A stretch of DNA of 64,000 nt, from assembly GCA_965220205.1 (NCBI GenBank), contig OZ244812.1:1223588-1287587 (forward strand), in the 5' to 3' direction. The notes below the pieces were generated by a model. That model saw only the letters and a program-made list of their open reading frames with translations. It had not been told where the DNA came from and searched no databases. Position 1 is the first letter of the stretch. The number at the start of each line of letters is the position of its first letter. The translations under genes were made by a program, and so were the position numbers. Origin of the DNA: Dehalococcoidia bacterium (GTDB lineage Bacteria > Chloroflexota > Dehalococcoidia > Lucifugimonadales > Australimonadaceae). Below are positions 30,870-40,242 of the stretch, piece after piece.

Positions 30870-31019
30870 CGGGATGGGGTGTTCGCTCACAGCGCCGACC
30901 ACGGTACGCGAGGGGCGCGACACGGCGCAAGCGCTCGGCGCTCCCCGCCCTTGACCCTCCCGCGAACCGGGCCGCACAATGCGGTCAACCTACGCGGCAG
31001 CAGCGCTGCCAGGGGTCGC

Positions 31020-31703
31020 ATGGCCACGACACCAGCGAAATCGGCCTTCGTCGACTCGGTCATCGCCGAGATCATCCAGCCCGGCATCGACCGGCTCATG
31101 GAGAGCCGCTACTTCACCGACCTACGCGAGGGCAAGCTGACCGTCCGTCGGATGCAGGGCTTCGCGCTTCAGCACTACATCCACAACATGGGCATATTGA
31201 AGGCGTTCGCTCTTGGCGCCGCGCAGAACGCCGCCAACGACCGCACGTTCATGGCGTACGCAACCGGCATGAGCGAGGAGTTGACGCACCCGAACATGTG
31301 CAAGACGTTCGGCTATGCCCTTGGCCTGACCGAGGCAGACTTCGACAAGGCCGCGCCCACGCTGGGGTGTCTCGCGCACACCGCGGTCTGCATACACGGC
31401 ATGTACCTGGCCAACGTCGCCGAGATGCGGGCCAACGCCCTCTCCAACGAGTCCATGGTGCAGCGCTACGCCGCCGAGTTCGACGACTGCCTCCGCAAGC
31501 CGCCCTACGGTCTATCCGACGATGCGCTCGAGTTCTTCGTCGTCCACAAGGGCGCCGACGTCGAACACACGGAGCGCGCCGCCAACGCCATCGCCGACCT
31601 GGTCACGACTGACGAGGACGCGGAGAAGGTCCGGGCCATGTGCCGGCACATGGCGCGCCTCAAGCTCGGCAAGTTCGACAGCATCTACGACGAGTACGCA
31701 TAG
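31020..31703 (+). CDS. heme-oxygenase-like fold protein (TenA/PqqC-like, iron-containing redox enzyme family)
   Basis: 228 aa, all-helical. The pattern GKLTVRRMQGFALQHYIH...VVHKGADVEHTE matches this fold. Family-level call only. Confidence 0.55.
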   Translation: MATTPAKSAFVDSVIAEIIQPGIDRLMESRYFTDLREGKLTVRRMQGFALQHYIHNMGILKAFALGAAQNAANDRTFMAYATGMSEELTHPNMCKTFGYALGLTEADFDKAAPTLGCLAHTAVCIHGMYLANVAEMRANALSNESMVQRYAAEFDDCLRKPPYGLSDDALEFFVVHKGADVEHTERAANAIADLVTTDEDAEKVRAMCRHMARLKLGKFDSIYDEYA

Positions 31704-31756
31704 GGGCCGCGCGCCAAGCAGGCGCGCAGAGGCCACGAAGCGAGAGGAGCCAACCG

Positions 31757-32866
31757 ATGCCCGGCGTTATCGACGCGGACACGCACATCATCGAGCACCC
31801 CGGCGTGTGGGAGCTGTTCGACGAGGCCATGTATGAACGCAGGCCCAAGCTGGCCAGCATGAGCGACTCGGACGATCGGCGCAGCTCCGTCTGGATGATC
31901 GACGGCGCCGCCGTCCCCAAGCGCACCGGCAAGGGGAGCGTTGCCCTCGCTGTTGGCGGATCGGAGTCCGAAGACAACCGCACCGACATCGCATCGTCCG
32001 TGCGCTACATCACTGACCCAGCCGCCCGCGTGCGCGATATGGACAAGCGCGGAGTGGAGACCGAGGTCGTGTTCCCCACGCTGCTGCTCGCCTACGTAAC
32101 GCAGGACGCCGACCTCGAAGTCGCGATCTGCAGGTCCTACAACCGCTACTTGAGCAGGGCGTGGCGCGAGGCGGGCGACCGCCTCCGTTGGGTCGTCGTG
32201 CCCCCCCTGCGCAATATCGAAGAGTCCGTCCGTGAAATCGAATCGGCGCGCGACAACGGCGCCGTCGGCGTGTTCTTCCGGGGCGTCGAGGGCGACCGCT
32301 CGCTGGCGGAGCCCTACTTTTTCCCCGTCTACGAGGCAGCGAGCCGCCTCGGTATGGCCATCTCGGTCCATACCGGAGCGGGGGCGCCTGGCGTCACGAG
32401 CGTGTTCGACCGCACTGTGAGTCACAACTTGCCCCACGTCCGGTCGCTGCCCATCTTCGCGTTCCGGGACATCGTCGCGCACAAGATCCCCGAGCGGTTC
32501 CCCGGCATGCGGATCGGGTTCATCGAAGCCTCCGCCTCGTGGGCGCCCTATGTGCTGCACCACCTCAGCCGGTCGAGCCGGTCGGGCACAGCAGGGGCCA
32601 ACCCCGACCCAACGCTCGAGTGGGGCCCCAAGCTCTTCCGTGACTACCGCCTCTACATAGCCGCCGAGGCCGACGAGGACCTCCCCTACCTTCTCCAGCA
32701 CATCGGGCCGGACAACATGATCATGGGCTCCGACTACGGCCACCAGGACCAGTCGAAAGAGGACGGCATGGTCGCGCTGATGCGCCGGCGCGAAGACATC
32801 CCGCCCGAAATCGTCGAGAAGATCCTCAGCGACAACCCCCGTCGCTACTACGGACTCGACGGGTAG
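31757..32866 (+). CDS. amidohydrolase-2 family metal-dependent hydrolase
   Basis: MPGVIDADTHIIEHP N-terminal metal motif, GSDYGHQD C-terminal motif, and GAGAGGAG upstream. Confidence 0.8.
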   Translation: MPGVIDADTHIIEHPGVWELFDEAMYERRPKLASMSDSDDRRSSVWMIDGAAVPKRTGKGSVALAVGGSESEDNRTDIASSVRYITDPAARVRDMDKRGVETEVVFPTLLLAYVTQDADLEVAICRSYNRYLSRAWREAGDRLRWVVVPPLRNIEESVREIESARDNGAVGVFFRGVEGDRSLAEPYFFPVYEAASRLGMAISVHTGAGAPGVTSVFDRTVSHNLPHVRSLPIFAFRDIVAHKIPERFPGMRIGFIEASASWAPYVLHHLSRSSRSGTAGANPDPTLEWGPKLFRDYRLYIAAEADEDLPYLLQHIGPDNMIMGSDYGHQDQSKEDGMVALMRRREDIPPEIVEKILSDNPRRYYGLDG

Positions 32867-32888
32867 CGGCGGACCGGACTGCGACGAT

Positions 32889-33602
32889 ATGAGTTTCCTC
32901 TCGAGGCTATGCGGCGTCCCTCGCTCGTCCATCAAGAGGCGCGTTGCCCAGCGCCTCGGCGGAGCAATCGTGAAGTCGCGGGAAGGCCATACCGTCGTCG
33001 TGAGCGATTTCGGGGGCTGGAACGCCATTTTCGACATCGACTCGCCGAACGACGGCCCTCCCATGATGTTCCTCGGTCCCGGGCACGCGACGCGGATTGC
33101 TATGCCCTTTCAGGCTCGGGACGAATTCTCGATCGAGGTCAGGCGACGGCGCATGATCGGCGACGCCATCTTTCGCGAGCGCTCCAGCTGGCGGAGAGAC
33201 GCCCCGATGACCTGGGACGACCGCTTCGATGAGTTGCGGTCGCAGCTCACGCCCCCCGAGACTGAGTGGGGCTTCGGCGATTTTGACTACGAGTTCGCTA
33301 TCCGCACCAACGACGAACAGCGGACGCGGGAGCTGTTCGCCGACCCGAATATCCGCGCGTCTGTCCAGCGTCAACGAACGGTGGACCTCAGGGTTGAGCG
33401 CGTAAGCCCTTGGCTCACCTCGATTGCATGGTCCCGCACGGGGGACCTCGGCGTCGTGAGCTTCCAGGACACGAAGATCGTCGACGATATCGACCGCATC
33501 GAGTCTCTCCACCTGGCGTTGGACGAGATCAGGGCGCGCCTAGTGTCCGTGGGCGCGGCGTCCATGATTGCCCCAAATCTCTTCGCAAACACGCTCGATT
33601 GA
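32889..33602 (+). CDS. hypothetical protein
   Basis: 237-aa ORF with non-repetitive composition. No recognised motif. Confidence 0.4.
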   Translation: MSFLSRLCGVPRSSIKRRVAQRLGGAIVKSREGHTVVVSDFGGWNAIFDIDSPNDGPPMMFLGPGHATRIAMPFQARDEFSIEVRRRRMIGDAIFRERSSWRRDAPMTWDDRFDELRSQLTPPETEWGFGDFDYEFAIRTNDEQRTRELFADPNIRASVQRQRTVDLRVERVSPWLTSIAWSRTGDLGVVSFQDTKIVDDIDRIESLHLALDEIRARLVSVGAASMIAPNLFANTLD

Positions 33603-33618
33603 GCGCCGGGCGTCGGTC

Positions 33619-34008
33619 TTACTCGACGTAGGCGACTGCTTCGATCTCCACGATGAACTCGGGCCTCGCCAGCCGCGAGACGACCACCAACGTGCTCGTC
33701 GGCGGCGCGTCGCCGAAGCGTCCCGCCCGGGCGGCGCGGACCGCGTCCAGGCGCCCTTCGCCCACGACGTAGGTCGTCGTCTTCACGATGTCGGCGAGCG
33801 CTCCGCCAACCGACTCGGCGGCCTTGGCGAGATTCCTGAACACCTGCTCCACCTGCGCGGCCGGGTCCCCGACGCCCACCACGTCGCCTCGCTCGTTCGA
33901 CGCTGTCTGACCCGCGATGAACACCCACGGCCCGACTTTGATCACGTGGGTGTACCGGTTCTCGTTAGGGGACATCCCCTCTGGCTGCAAGCGTTCGACG
34001 TCCGTCAC
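33619..34008 (-). CDS. ridA: RidA/YjgF/L-PSP family enamine-imine deaminase
   Basis: 129 aa. The motifs FIAGQTA...NLAKAAESVGGALADIVKTTTYV...PEFIVEIEAVA are typical of this family. Confidence 0.85.
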   Translation of the reverse strand: MTDVERLQPEGMSPNENRYTHVIKVGPWVFIAGQTASNERGDVVGVGDPAAQVEQVFRNLAKAAESVGGALADIVKTTTYVVGEGRLDAVRAARAGRFGDAPPTSTLVVVSRLARPEFIVEIEAVAYVE

Positions 34009-34051
34009 AGTCCAACTCCTTCCCGCAGACTACCCAAGATTCCCCCTCATC

Positions 34052-34924
34052 CTACGCTATCCGTCCGCCAGCCCTGCCCCCCCTGAGCAGCCGGGTGAGC
34101 CAGACCGCGTAGCCGTGTCCCGCCATCGTCGCGCGCATCCTCTCGCCGGCGTCTGCGTCGTCCGTCAATGCAAACAGCGACGGCCCTGACCCTGCGAGTA
34201 GCACGGGCCCCGGGTGCATCGACATGAGCAGCGAGCGCGCCGCCCCGTAGGAACCGAATGCCGTGGAGGCCACCTCGTCGAATACGTTCAACAGCGCGTC
34301 GCCGACCGGCTCGCCCGCGCGGATTCGGCGCGCCGTCTCTGCGGTTCGCGAGCCGTCGGAGTAGGCGCGCGAGTCGAGCAGCGCATACATCCGCGCCGTC
34401 TTGCGCTCGTACCAGCCCGTCGTGGGGGTCACGATGACCGCGAACCGTTCGACCGGCGCCGGCAGCTCCTCCAGCTGCTCGCCGCGTCCTGATGCGAGCG
34501 CCGTTGCGCCCCCTAGGAAGAACGGAACGTCGCTGCCGAGGCGGGCGGCGAGAAGGCCAAGCTGCGCCTGATCCAGGTCGAGCCCCCACAGCCGGCCAAG
34601 GCCCAGCAGCGCCGAGGCTGCGTCGCTGCTGCCGCCGCCCAGGCCAGCCGCCACTGGTATCTGCTTGCGCAGCGTGATCGCGGCCCCTCGCGTCGCTCCG
34701 GTGGCGCCACGCAAGAGCTCAGCCGCGCGCAGAACGAGGTTCCCCTCGGCAGGCGCCGCCCCCTCAGGCTCGACCCGCAGCGTCAGCGCATCGGCCTCCT
34801 CAATCTCCACCCAGTCGGCAAGGTCGACCGCTTGGAGCACCGAGCGCACCTCGTGGTAGCCGTCCGGCCTCCGGCCGAGCACTTCTAGGCTGAGGTTGAT
34901 CTTCGCCGGGGCGCGGAGCCTCAT
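34052..34924 (-). CDS. ispE: 4-diphosphocytidyl-2-C-methyl-D-erythritol kinase
   Basis: MRLRAPAKINLSLEVLGRRPDGYHEV N-terminus and GLGGGSSDAA GHMP motif. The start shares TGATG with the upstream stop. Confidence 0.9.
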   Translation of the reverse strand: MRLRAPAKINLSLEVLGRRPDGYHEVRSVLQAVDLADWVEIEEADALTLRVEPEGAAPAEGNLVLRAAELLRGATGATRGAAITLRKQIPVAAGLGGGSSDAASALLGLGRLWGLDLDQAQLGLLAARLGSDVPFFLGGATALASGRGEQLEELPAPVERFAVIVTPTTGWYERKTARMYALLDSRAYSDGSRTAETARRIRAGEPVGDALLNVFDEVASTAFGSYGAARSLLMSMHPGPVLLAGSGPSLFALTDDADAGERMRATMAGHGYAVWLTRLLRGGRAGGRIA

Positions 34925-35970
34925 CACGACCGCTGCGCCCACTCCCGCACCGCGTGCGCCGCCTGCGCCAGCACACGGGCCTTTGCGCGGGCCAGTGAGC
35001 GGCTGATCGTCATCAGTCCGCAGTCCGGGGCCAGCATGAGATGCTCAGGCGCGACGTGTTCGAGCGCCTCTTGCGCCAGGCGGGTCAACCCCTCCACGTC
35101 CTCCAGCGGCGAGTCTCCGGGGTCGACGCACCCGAACATCACCAGCCGCCCGCGACAGTGGCCCAGCACCTCGGCGGGGTCGTACCCGCTCCGCGCGAAC
35201 TCGAGCGAGAACCCCGAGACCTGCGTCTGCGTTAGCAGGTCCAACAGCTCCGGGTACGTATAGCCGTGCTGGTCCTCGGCCCCGCTGCCCGGATAGCCGT
35301 AGCACAGGTGCACAATCGTCGGCACGGACACGCCCTCGAGGCACCGGTCGAGCGCTTGCGCGCCGTAGTCTGCCGTCTTCTCGTGGTAGCGGGTCATCGC
35401 GGGCTCGTCGATCTGCACGACGTCCGCGCCCGCCGCCTGCAAGTCGAGTATCTCGGCGTTGAGCGCGCGGGCGGCGTCCATGGCCAGGGCCGCCTCGTCG
35501 CCGTAGGCTTCGTCGTAGGTCGTGTCGACGATGGTCATGGGGCCGGGCACCGCAATCTTGACCGGCTTGACGGTGTGAGCCTTGGCGAACCGCAGGTCGT
35601 CGACGGCGGCCTGCTCACGCCGCCGGACCTCTCCGACGACCGTCGGCACAGGCCGTACGCGGCCTGCCCTGCGCCTGATCGCCTTCGAGTGAGTCCTGTT
35701 GAGGTCGATGCCGTCCCAGCTTGCGAGGATGTGATTGATGAACGTCGTCCGCCGCTGCTCTCCGTCCGTCAGCAGGTCGAGCCCCGCCTCCTCCTGATCG
35801 CGGAGCGTCAGCAGCGTTGCGTCGTCCTGCGCCTCGGCGAGGTCAGAGTCGTCCACGAGGAACTGCAACCCCAGGCGCGCTTCGGACTCCGCGCGCGGAC
35901 GAGCCAGCCAGCCCGGCCGCGGGAAGCTTCCAACGGTGGTGGCTGAGACGGGCGGCAGGTCCATAGTCAC
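34924..35970 (-). CDS. cobalamin-independent methionine synthase (MetE C-terminal-like) family protein
   Basis: TTVGSFPRPGWL N-terminus and HLCYGYPG zinc-site region. Confidence 0.75.
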   Translation of the reverse strand: MTMDLPPVSATTVGSFPRPGWLARPRAESEARLGLQFLVDDSDLAEAQDDATLLTLRDQEEAGLDLLTDGEQRRTTFINHILASWDGIDLNRTHSKAIRRRAGRVRPVPTVVGEVRRREQAAVDDLRFAKAHTVKPVKIAVPGPMTIVDTTYDEAYGDEAALAMDAARALNAEILDLQAAGADVVQIDEPAMTRYHEKTADYGAQALDRCLEGVSVPTIVHLCYGYPGSGAEDQHGYTYPELLDLLTQTQVSGFSLEFARSGYDPAEVLGHCRGRLVMFGCVDPGDSPLEDVEGLTRLAQEALEHVAPEHLMLAPDCGLMTISRSLARAKARVLAQAAHAVREWAQRS

Positions 35971-36046
35971 CTCGGCATTAGCAGAGTCGCGGTCTCGGAG
36001 CGGGGGCGGCTAACCAGCATAGCGACGAAACCGGACGTGTGCTCGC

Positions 36047-36832
36047 TCATGCGTATGCGGTCGTCAGCGCCGCCCATTCCTCGATCGATAGCGACGCCGG
36101 CCGCCGCGACGGTTCGACGCCGGCGTCCGCCAACAGCCGTTCGACGACCAACGCCGGCTCGCCGAGACCCGACGCAAGCGAGTTGCGCATCTGTTTGCGC
36201 GGGGCGCTGAAGCCAGCCCGCGCCACGCGGAAGAAGGCGGCAGTGTCCCGCACTCCGGCGGCGGGCTCAGGATATACGTCGATTGCCACCACAGCCGAGG
36301 TTACTTTCGGAGGCGGGTTGAATGAGCCCGGCCGAACGACGCGAACAATCCGCGCGGCGCCGAACAACTGCACGCCCACCGACAGCAGCGATAGACGCCC
36401 GGGCGGCGCGCACATCTGGTCCGCGACCTCCCGCTGCACCAACACGACTGCGCGCTCCGGCCGGCAGCGCGACTCGAGGAAGCGGCGGAGGATCGGCAGC
36501 GCCGCATAGTACGGCAGGTTCCCCGCCATCTTGTACGGGGCGCAACCTCCCAGGAGCGCCTCCACGTCCGCCGAGCGGGCGTCCGCCAGATGGACTTCGA
36601 CATTGCCGGACATCGTGCCGCGCAGTACGTCAACGAGCGCGGCGTCGAGCTCCAACGCGACAACCCGGCGCACGCGCTCAGCGAGTAGGCGCGTGAGCGA
36701 CCCACGGCCGGCGCCAACCTCGACGACCGTGTCGCCGGCCTCCGCCGCAACCGCGTCCGCGATCGACCCGAGTATGTTGCGGTCGGTGAGGAAGTGCTGG
36801 CCGAGGCTCTTCTTGGGCGGAGGGTTGCGCAC
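36047..36832 (-). CDS. rsmA: 16S rRNA (adenine1518/1519-N6)-dimethyltransferase
   Basis: KKSLGQHFL and VVEVGAGRGSLT motifs. Confidence 0.9.
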   Translation of the reverse strand: MRNPPPKKSLGQHFLTDRNILGSIADAVAAEAGDTVVEVGAGRGSLTRLLAERVRRVVALELDAALVDVLRGTMSGNVEVHLADARSADVEALLGGCAPYKMAGNLPYYAALPILRRFLESRCRPERAVVLVQREVADQMCAPPGRLSLLSVGVQLFGAARIVRVVRPGSFNPPPKVTSAVVAIDVYPEPAAGVRDTAAFFRVARAGFSAPRKQMRNSLASGLGEPALVVERLLADAGVEPSRRPASLSIEEWAALTTAYA

Positions 36833-36992
36833 GGGAGAACGTTACGACGCGGCCAATGGCCGCCGCAAGAGAATGCCCGATGACCCTCCACCGCGCCGCC
36901 CGCGTGAGTGAACTGGGGACCGGGGGGTTTGTTCTGAATACCCATCCTGCGTAGGTTAGTCTGAGTCTCCCATCCTGCTCTTCGGCGGCCCC

Positions 36993-37649
36993 ATGCTGCG
37001 ACCCACCGACGCCCTGCCGACGTACCTCCGCGACTACCGCGAGATGCGCCATGGCCACGACCACGACCTCCTTGGCGTGTTCAGGGCGATCCGCCGCCTC
37101 ATCGGCGCCCCGCGCGCCGTCTATCCCGGCAGCTACGTACACCTCACGCCGTCGCTGGTGTTCCCCCGCGTGTGCTACGTGGACTCGGTCAAGGGGTTCG
37201 GCGCGGCCATGCAGTCCGACGACTTGATCGCGTGGCTCGAAGCGCACAAGGAGTACGCGGAGCCGACCGGGGTATCGGCGATCGAGACAGACTACGACAG
37301 GATTCCGCCCTCGTTGTTCGGGGAGTTCAGCCTGATGATCTCGCTCAACGCAGGAGCCGTCTCTCAGGAGTGCAAACGACTGCTGATTCCCGGCGCTCAC
37401 CTCCTCGCAAACGACGGCCATTAGGACGCGGCCCGCGCCCAGGTGGACGGCGACTACACGCTCGTGGCGGTCCTTGGCGTCGACGGTGCGGTCGAGACGA
37501 GCGAGGAAGACTTGCGCGAGTACTTCGTCACCAAACAGGGGCTGTCGCTGACACGCGAGAGGCTGGCTGACAACGAGCAGCGCGCGCCAAGCAGGGCGCG
37601 GCACAGGATGGCCCGCACAGCAGACGCTTTCCTGTTCCGGTTCAAGTGA
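36993..37649 (+). pseudogene. hypothetical protein gene interrupted by a single in-frame TAG (37422-37424)
   Basis: Track ORFs 36993-37424 and 37443-37649 are in the same frame. Only one stop lies between them: ...LLANDGH-TAG-DAARAQVDGDYTLVAV... Confidence 0.5.
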
Positions 37650-37707
37650 GCGAGCGCGAAAGAGGGCCCTGGGTTAGCCGGACGTTGACCGGGCGCGGGA
37701 GGAGCCT

Positions 37708-37992
37708 TAGGATGGCCGTGGCCGTGCTAGACGGGGAGCCAGCGGTGCCCTGCACCCGAAATCCGCTTCAGCGGGGTTGAATTCCTCCTCTAGGGTCGGT
37801 CCCATCACCACTGGGCCGGAAGGGGTATTGAGAGCCGGGCCCTGCGCGGCGGAGTCCTGCGAACCCCGTCAGGTCCGGAAGGAAGCAGCGGTAAGCGGAG
37901 CGCTCCGGGCGCCGCAGATCAGCCTGGTTTGAATCCCTTCCAATGGCTTACGTGATGGGTCCCCTTCTCAACAGGAGGTGCACGGCCACGCT
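37708..37992 (+). ncRNA. ffs: signal recognition particle RNA, large (Alu-domain-containing, Bacillus-type)
   Basis: Domain IV core CCCGUCAGGUCCGGAAGGAAGCAGCGGUAAG lies at about 37864-37894. The 5' Alu-type GCCGUGCUAGACGGGGAGCCAGCGGUGCCCUG is present. The terminal helix 37717-37726 CGTGGCCGTG pairs with 37981-37990 CACGGCCACG. Ends are approximate to about 10 nt. Confidence 0.85.
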
Positions 37993-38035
37993 CACGACCA
38001 TCTCGCTCGCCCGGCGCTGACGACGCGCCGGTGAG

Positions 38036-39259
38036 TCACCCGGCAGCCCGCGGCTGGGCGCTCGGGGCCGCGGCGCGGAACGGGTGACCTGCCGCGACCA
38101 GCCCGGCGGCCGCTGCCATCGCCGCCGAGAACACCAGCGCGTAGCGGAGGTCAGAGCCTCCCGCGAGGCCTGCAAGCAACCCTCCCAGGGCCCCGATGCC
38201 GTCCGTGACAGCGTAGATCAGCCCGAGCGACGCGACCTCCTTCCGGCCGACCATCTCGACAGCCGCAGCCAGTATCGCCGGGCGTACGCCGGTCATCAGG
38301 GACCCAGCCGTCACAGCGCCAAACACCAGCAGGACCGGCTCGGTCGCGAACGCGGCAAGCGCCGCCCCTCCAGCCGAGCCAAGGCTCGCCAGGACGATCA
38401 CAGGCTTGCGGCCTGTCCGGTCCGACGCTCGCCCTATGAGGGGCGCCGCGACAGCGCCGCCCAGGAGCATCCCGGCAAAGGCGGTCCCTGACCACGCGGG
38501 CGAGTAGCCATGATAGTCCTGGAGGAATAGCGGCGTCATCGCCAGCAGCGCCACCATCGACATGCTGTAGGCGATGCCCAACGCGAGCATTCCGAGACCG
38601 GCGGGACGGCGCCACACCTGGAACATGAACCGGAGGTCGCCCCGGGTGATCGACGGCTCGGGCGATGCTTGGGCCCACCGTGAAAGGTACATCATCGCCA
38701 CGCCCATGACGATGGCCGGACCGACCGCGATCTGCAGGACGGTGCGCCACTCCATCACGTTGAGCAGGAATCCGACAGCCAGCGGCGTGACGACTTCGGT
38801 GAGGATCCCCCCGGTCAGGTGGATGCCCAGCGCCTGCGCCCGCTGACGCGGCATGTACTGGATCAGCGTCCCCGTGGCGAGCGGATGCCACGCGGCGCTG
38901 CCCGTGCCGCCCAAGGCAAGCAGCGCTATGAGCGTCCAGTAGCTGGGCGCGACCGAGGCGGCGAGGTACCCCGCCGACACCCACCATATGGCGACGAGCA
39001 GCAACATGCCCCGCCGACGGCTCCGGTCGCCCAGCAGGCCGGCTGGCACGTAGCCCAGCCCACCGCCCAGCGCGTGGGCAGTGATGATGAGTCCCACCTG
39101 GGCAGGCGACAGGTCCCACGCCAGACCAATGGCCGGCGCCAACAGCCATAGCGCGGCGGTCGGCGTGTCCACAGCAAAATGCCCCATGGGAAGGGCAACA
39201 ATGTGGAACATGTGGCGAGCGCGAGTGGTTGTCAAAGCAGTCCTAGGGAGCTTGGCCAT
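38036..39259 (-). CDS. MFS transporter
   Basis: 12-TM-like profile. Start taken at MAKLPRT (39259), with ATG 39211 as an alternative. The longer track ORF overlaps the galU upstream region. Confidence 0.8.
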   Translation of the reverse strand: MAKLPRTALTTTRARHMFHIVALPMGHFAVDTPTAALWLLAPAIGLAWDLSPAQVGLIITAHALGGGLGYVPAGLLGDRSRRRGMLLLVAIWWVSAGYLAASVAPSYWTLIALLALGGTGSAAWHPLATGTLIQYMPRQRAQALGIHLTGGILTEVVTPLAVGFLLNVMEWRTVLQIAVGPAIVMGVAMMYLSRWAQASPEPSITRGDLRFMFQVWRRPAGLGMLALGIAYSMSMVALLAMTPLFLQDYHGYSPAWSGTAFAGMLLGGAVAAPLIGRASDRTGRKPVIVLASLGSAGGAALAAFATEPVLLVFGAVTAGSLMTGVRPAILAAAVEMVGRKEVASLGLIYAVTDGIGALGGLLAGLAGGSDLRYALVFSAAMAAAAGLVAAGHPFRAAAPSAQPRAAG

Positions 39260-39311
39260 GCTAACGGACTCACGAGCGGGCCGCCACCGCTTGCGGTACA
39301 CTGCACCCGCC

Positions 39312-40181
39312 ATGACCGTGCGCACCGCCGTCATAACAGCCGCCGGGTTCGGCACGCGTTTCCTTCCCATCACGAAGGCCGTCCCCAAGGTGATGCTTCC
39401 CCTCGTCGACCGGCCGGTGATCCAGTACGCGGTCGAACAGGCGGTCGACGCCGGAATCGAGCGAATCATCCTCGTCACGTCGCGCGGCAACGCTGCGATG
39501 GAGGACTACTTCGATCTGGCGCCTGAGCTGGAGCGCGTCCTCGAAGAGCGAAACAACCCCAAGCTCGACGAGGTGCGGAGAGTTTCGCGCATGGCCGACA
39601 TCGTTGCGGTCCGCCAGCGCGAGCAGTTGGGTCTCGGGCACGCCGTCCTAACCGCTCGGGAGGCAGTCGGCGGCGAGCCGTTCATCGTCTACCTCCCCGA
39701 CGAGATCCTCATCGGCGAGCCCTCGGCGACCCAACAGCTGCTGGCGGCGTACGAGCGCCAGGGGAGCACGATCGGCGTCGTCGAAGTGCCTCACGAGGAC
39801 GTCGTCCGCTACGGCATCGTCGACGGGGAGCCGGTATCGGACCGCGATTGGCGTCTGCGCCGCCTCATCGAGAAACCATCGGTGGACACGGCGCCCTCGG
39901 ACCTCGCCGTCGTCGGCCCGTACGTGTTCTCCCCGGCAATCTTCGACTGCCTCTCCGTCACCAGCCAAGGGGCGATCGGGGAGCTTCAGCTCACGGACGC
40001 GATCGACCTGCTGGCGAAGCGCGAGCCCGTCTTCGCGCACCGTTTCGACGCACGGCGCTACGACGCCGGCACCCCCCTCGGTCTGCTCAAGACGTCGGTC
40101 GAACTGGCCTTGGGCCGGCCCGAGTACGCAAACGACGTCCGCGTGTGGCTGCGGGAACTCGCAGGCAGCCTCGACGAGTGA
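39312..40181 (+). CDS. galU: UTP--glucose-1-phosphate uridylyltransferase
   Basis: AVITAAGFGTRFLPITKAVPKVMLPLVDRP motif. Confidence 0.9.
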   Translation: MTVRTAVITAAGFGTRFLPITKAVPKVMLPLVDRPVIQYAVEQAVDAGIERIILVTSRGNAAMEDYFDLAPELERVLEERNNPKLDEVRRVSRMADIVAVRQREQLGLGHAVLTAREAVGGEPFIVYLPDEILIGEPSATQQLLAAYERQGSTIGVVEVPHEDVVRYGIVDGEPVSDRDWRLRRLIEKPSVDTAPSDLAVVGPYVFSPAIFDCLSVTSQGAIGELQLTDAIDLLAKREPVFAHRFDARRYDAGTPLGLLKTSVELALGRPEYANDVRVWLRELAGSLDE

Positions 40182-40242
40182 GCCAGTCGCGCCGGGCCGG
40201 ACGGGAAGTTACAGCAATACGAGCAATACAGAGGCGCAAGGC

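Noticed and set aside
30870-30977. The 36-codon N-terminal extension of the DinG-like gene
   Set aside because: It would leave only 43 nt to the divergent gene at 31020 and its composition is Arg/Gly/Ser-rich. It is kept only as an alternative start.
37422-37424. In-frame TAG considered as pyrrolysine
   Set aside because: There is no methylamine methyltransferase context and no pyl genes in the window. TAG is used as a normal stop by several neighbouring genes. A nonsense mutation or sequencing error is more likely.
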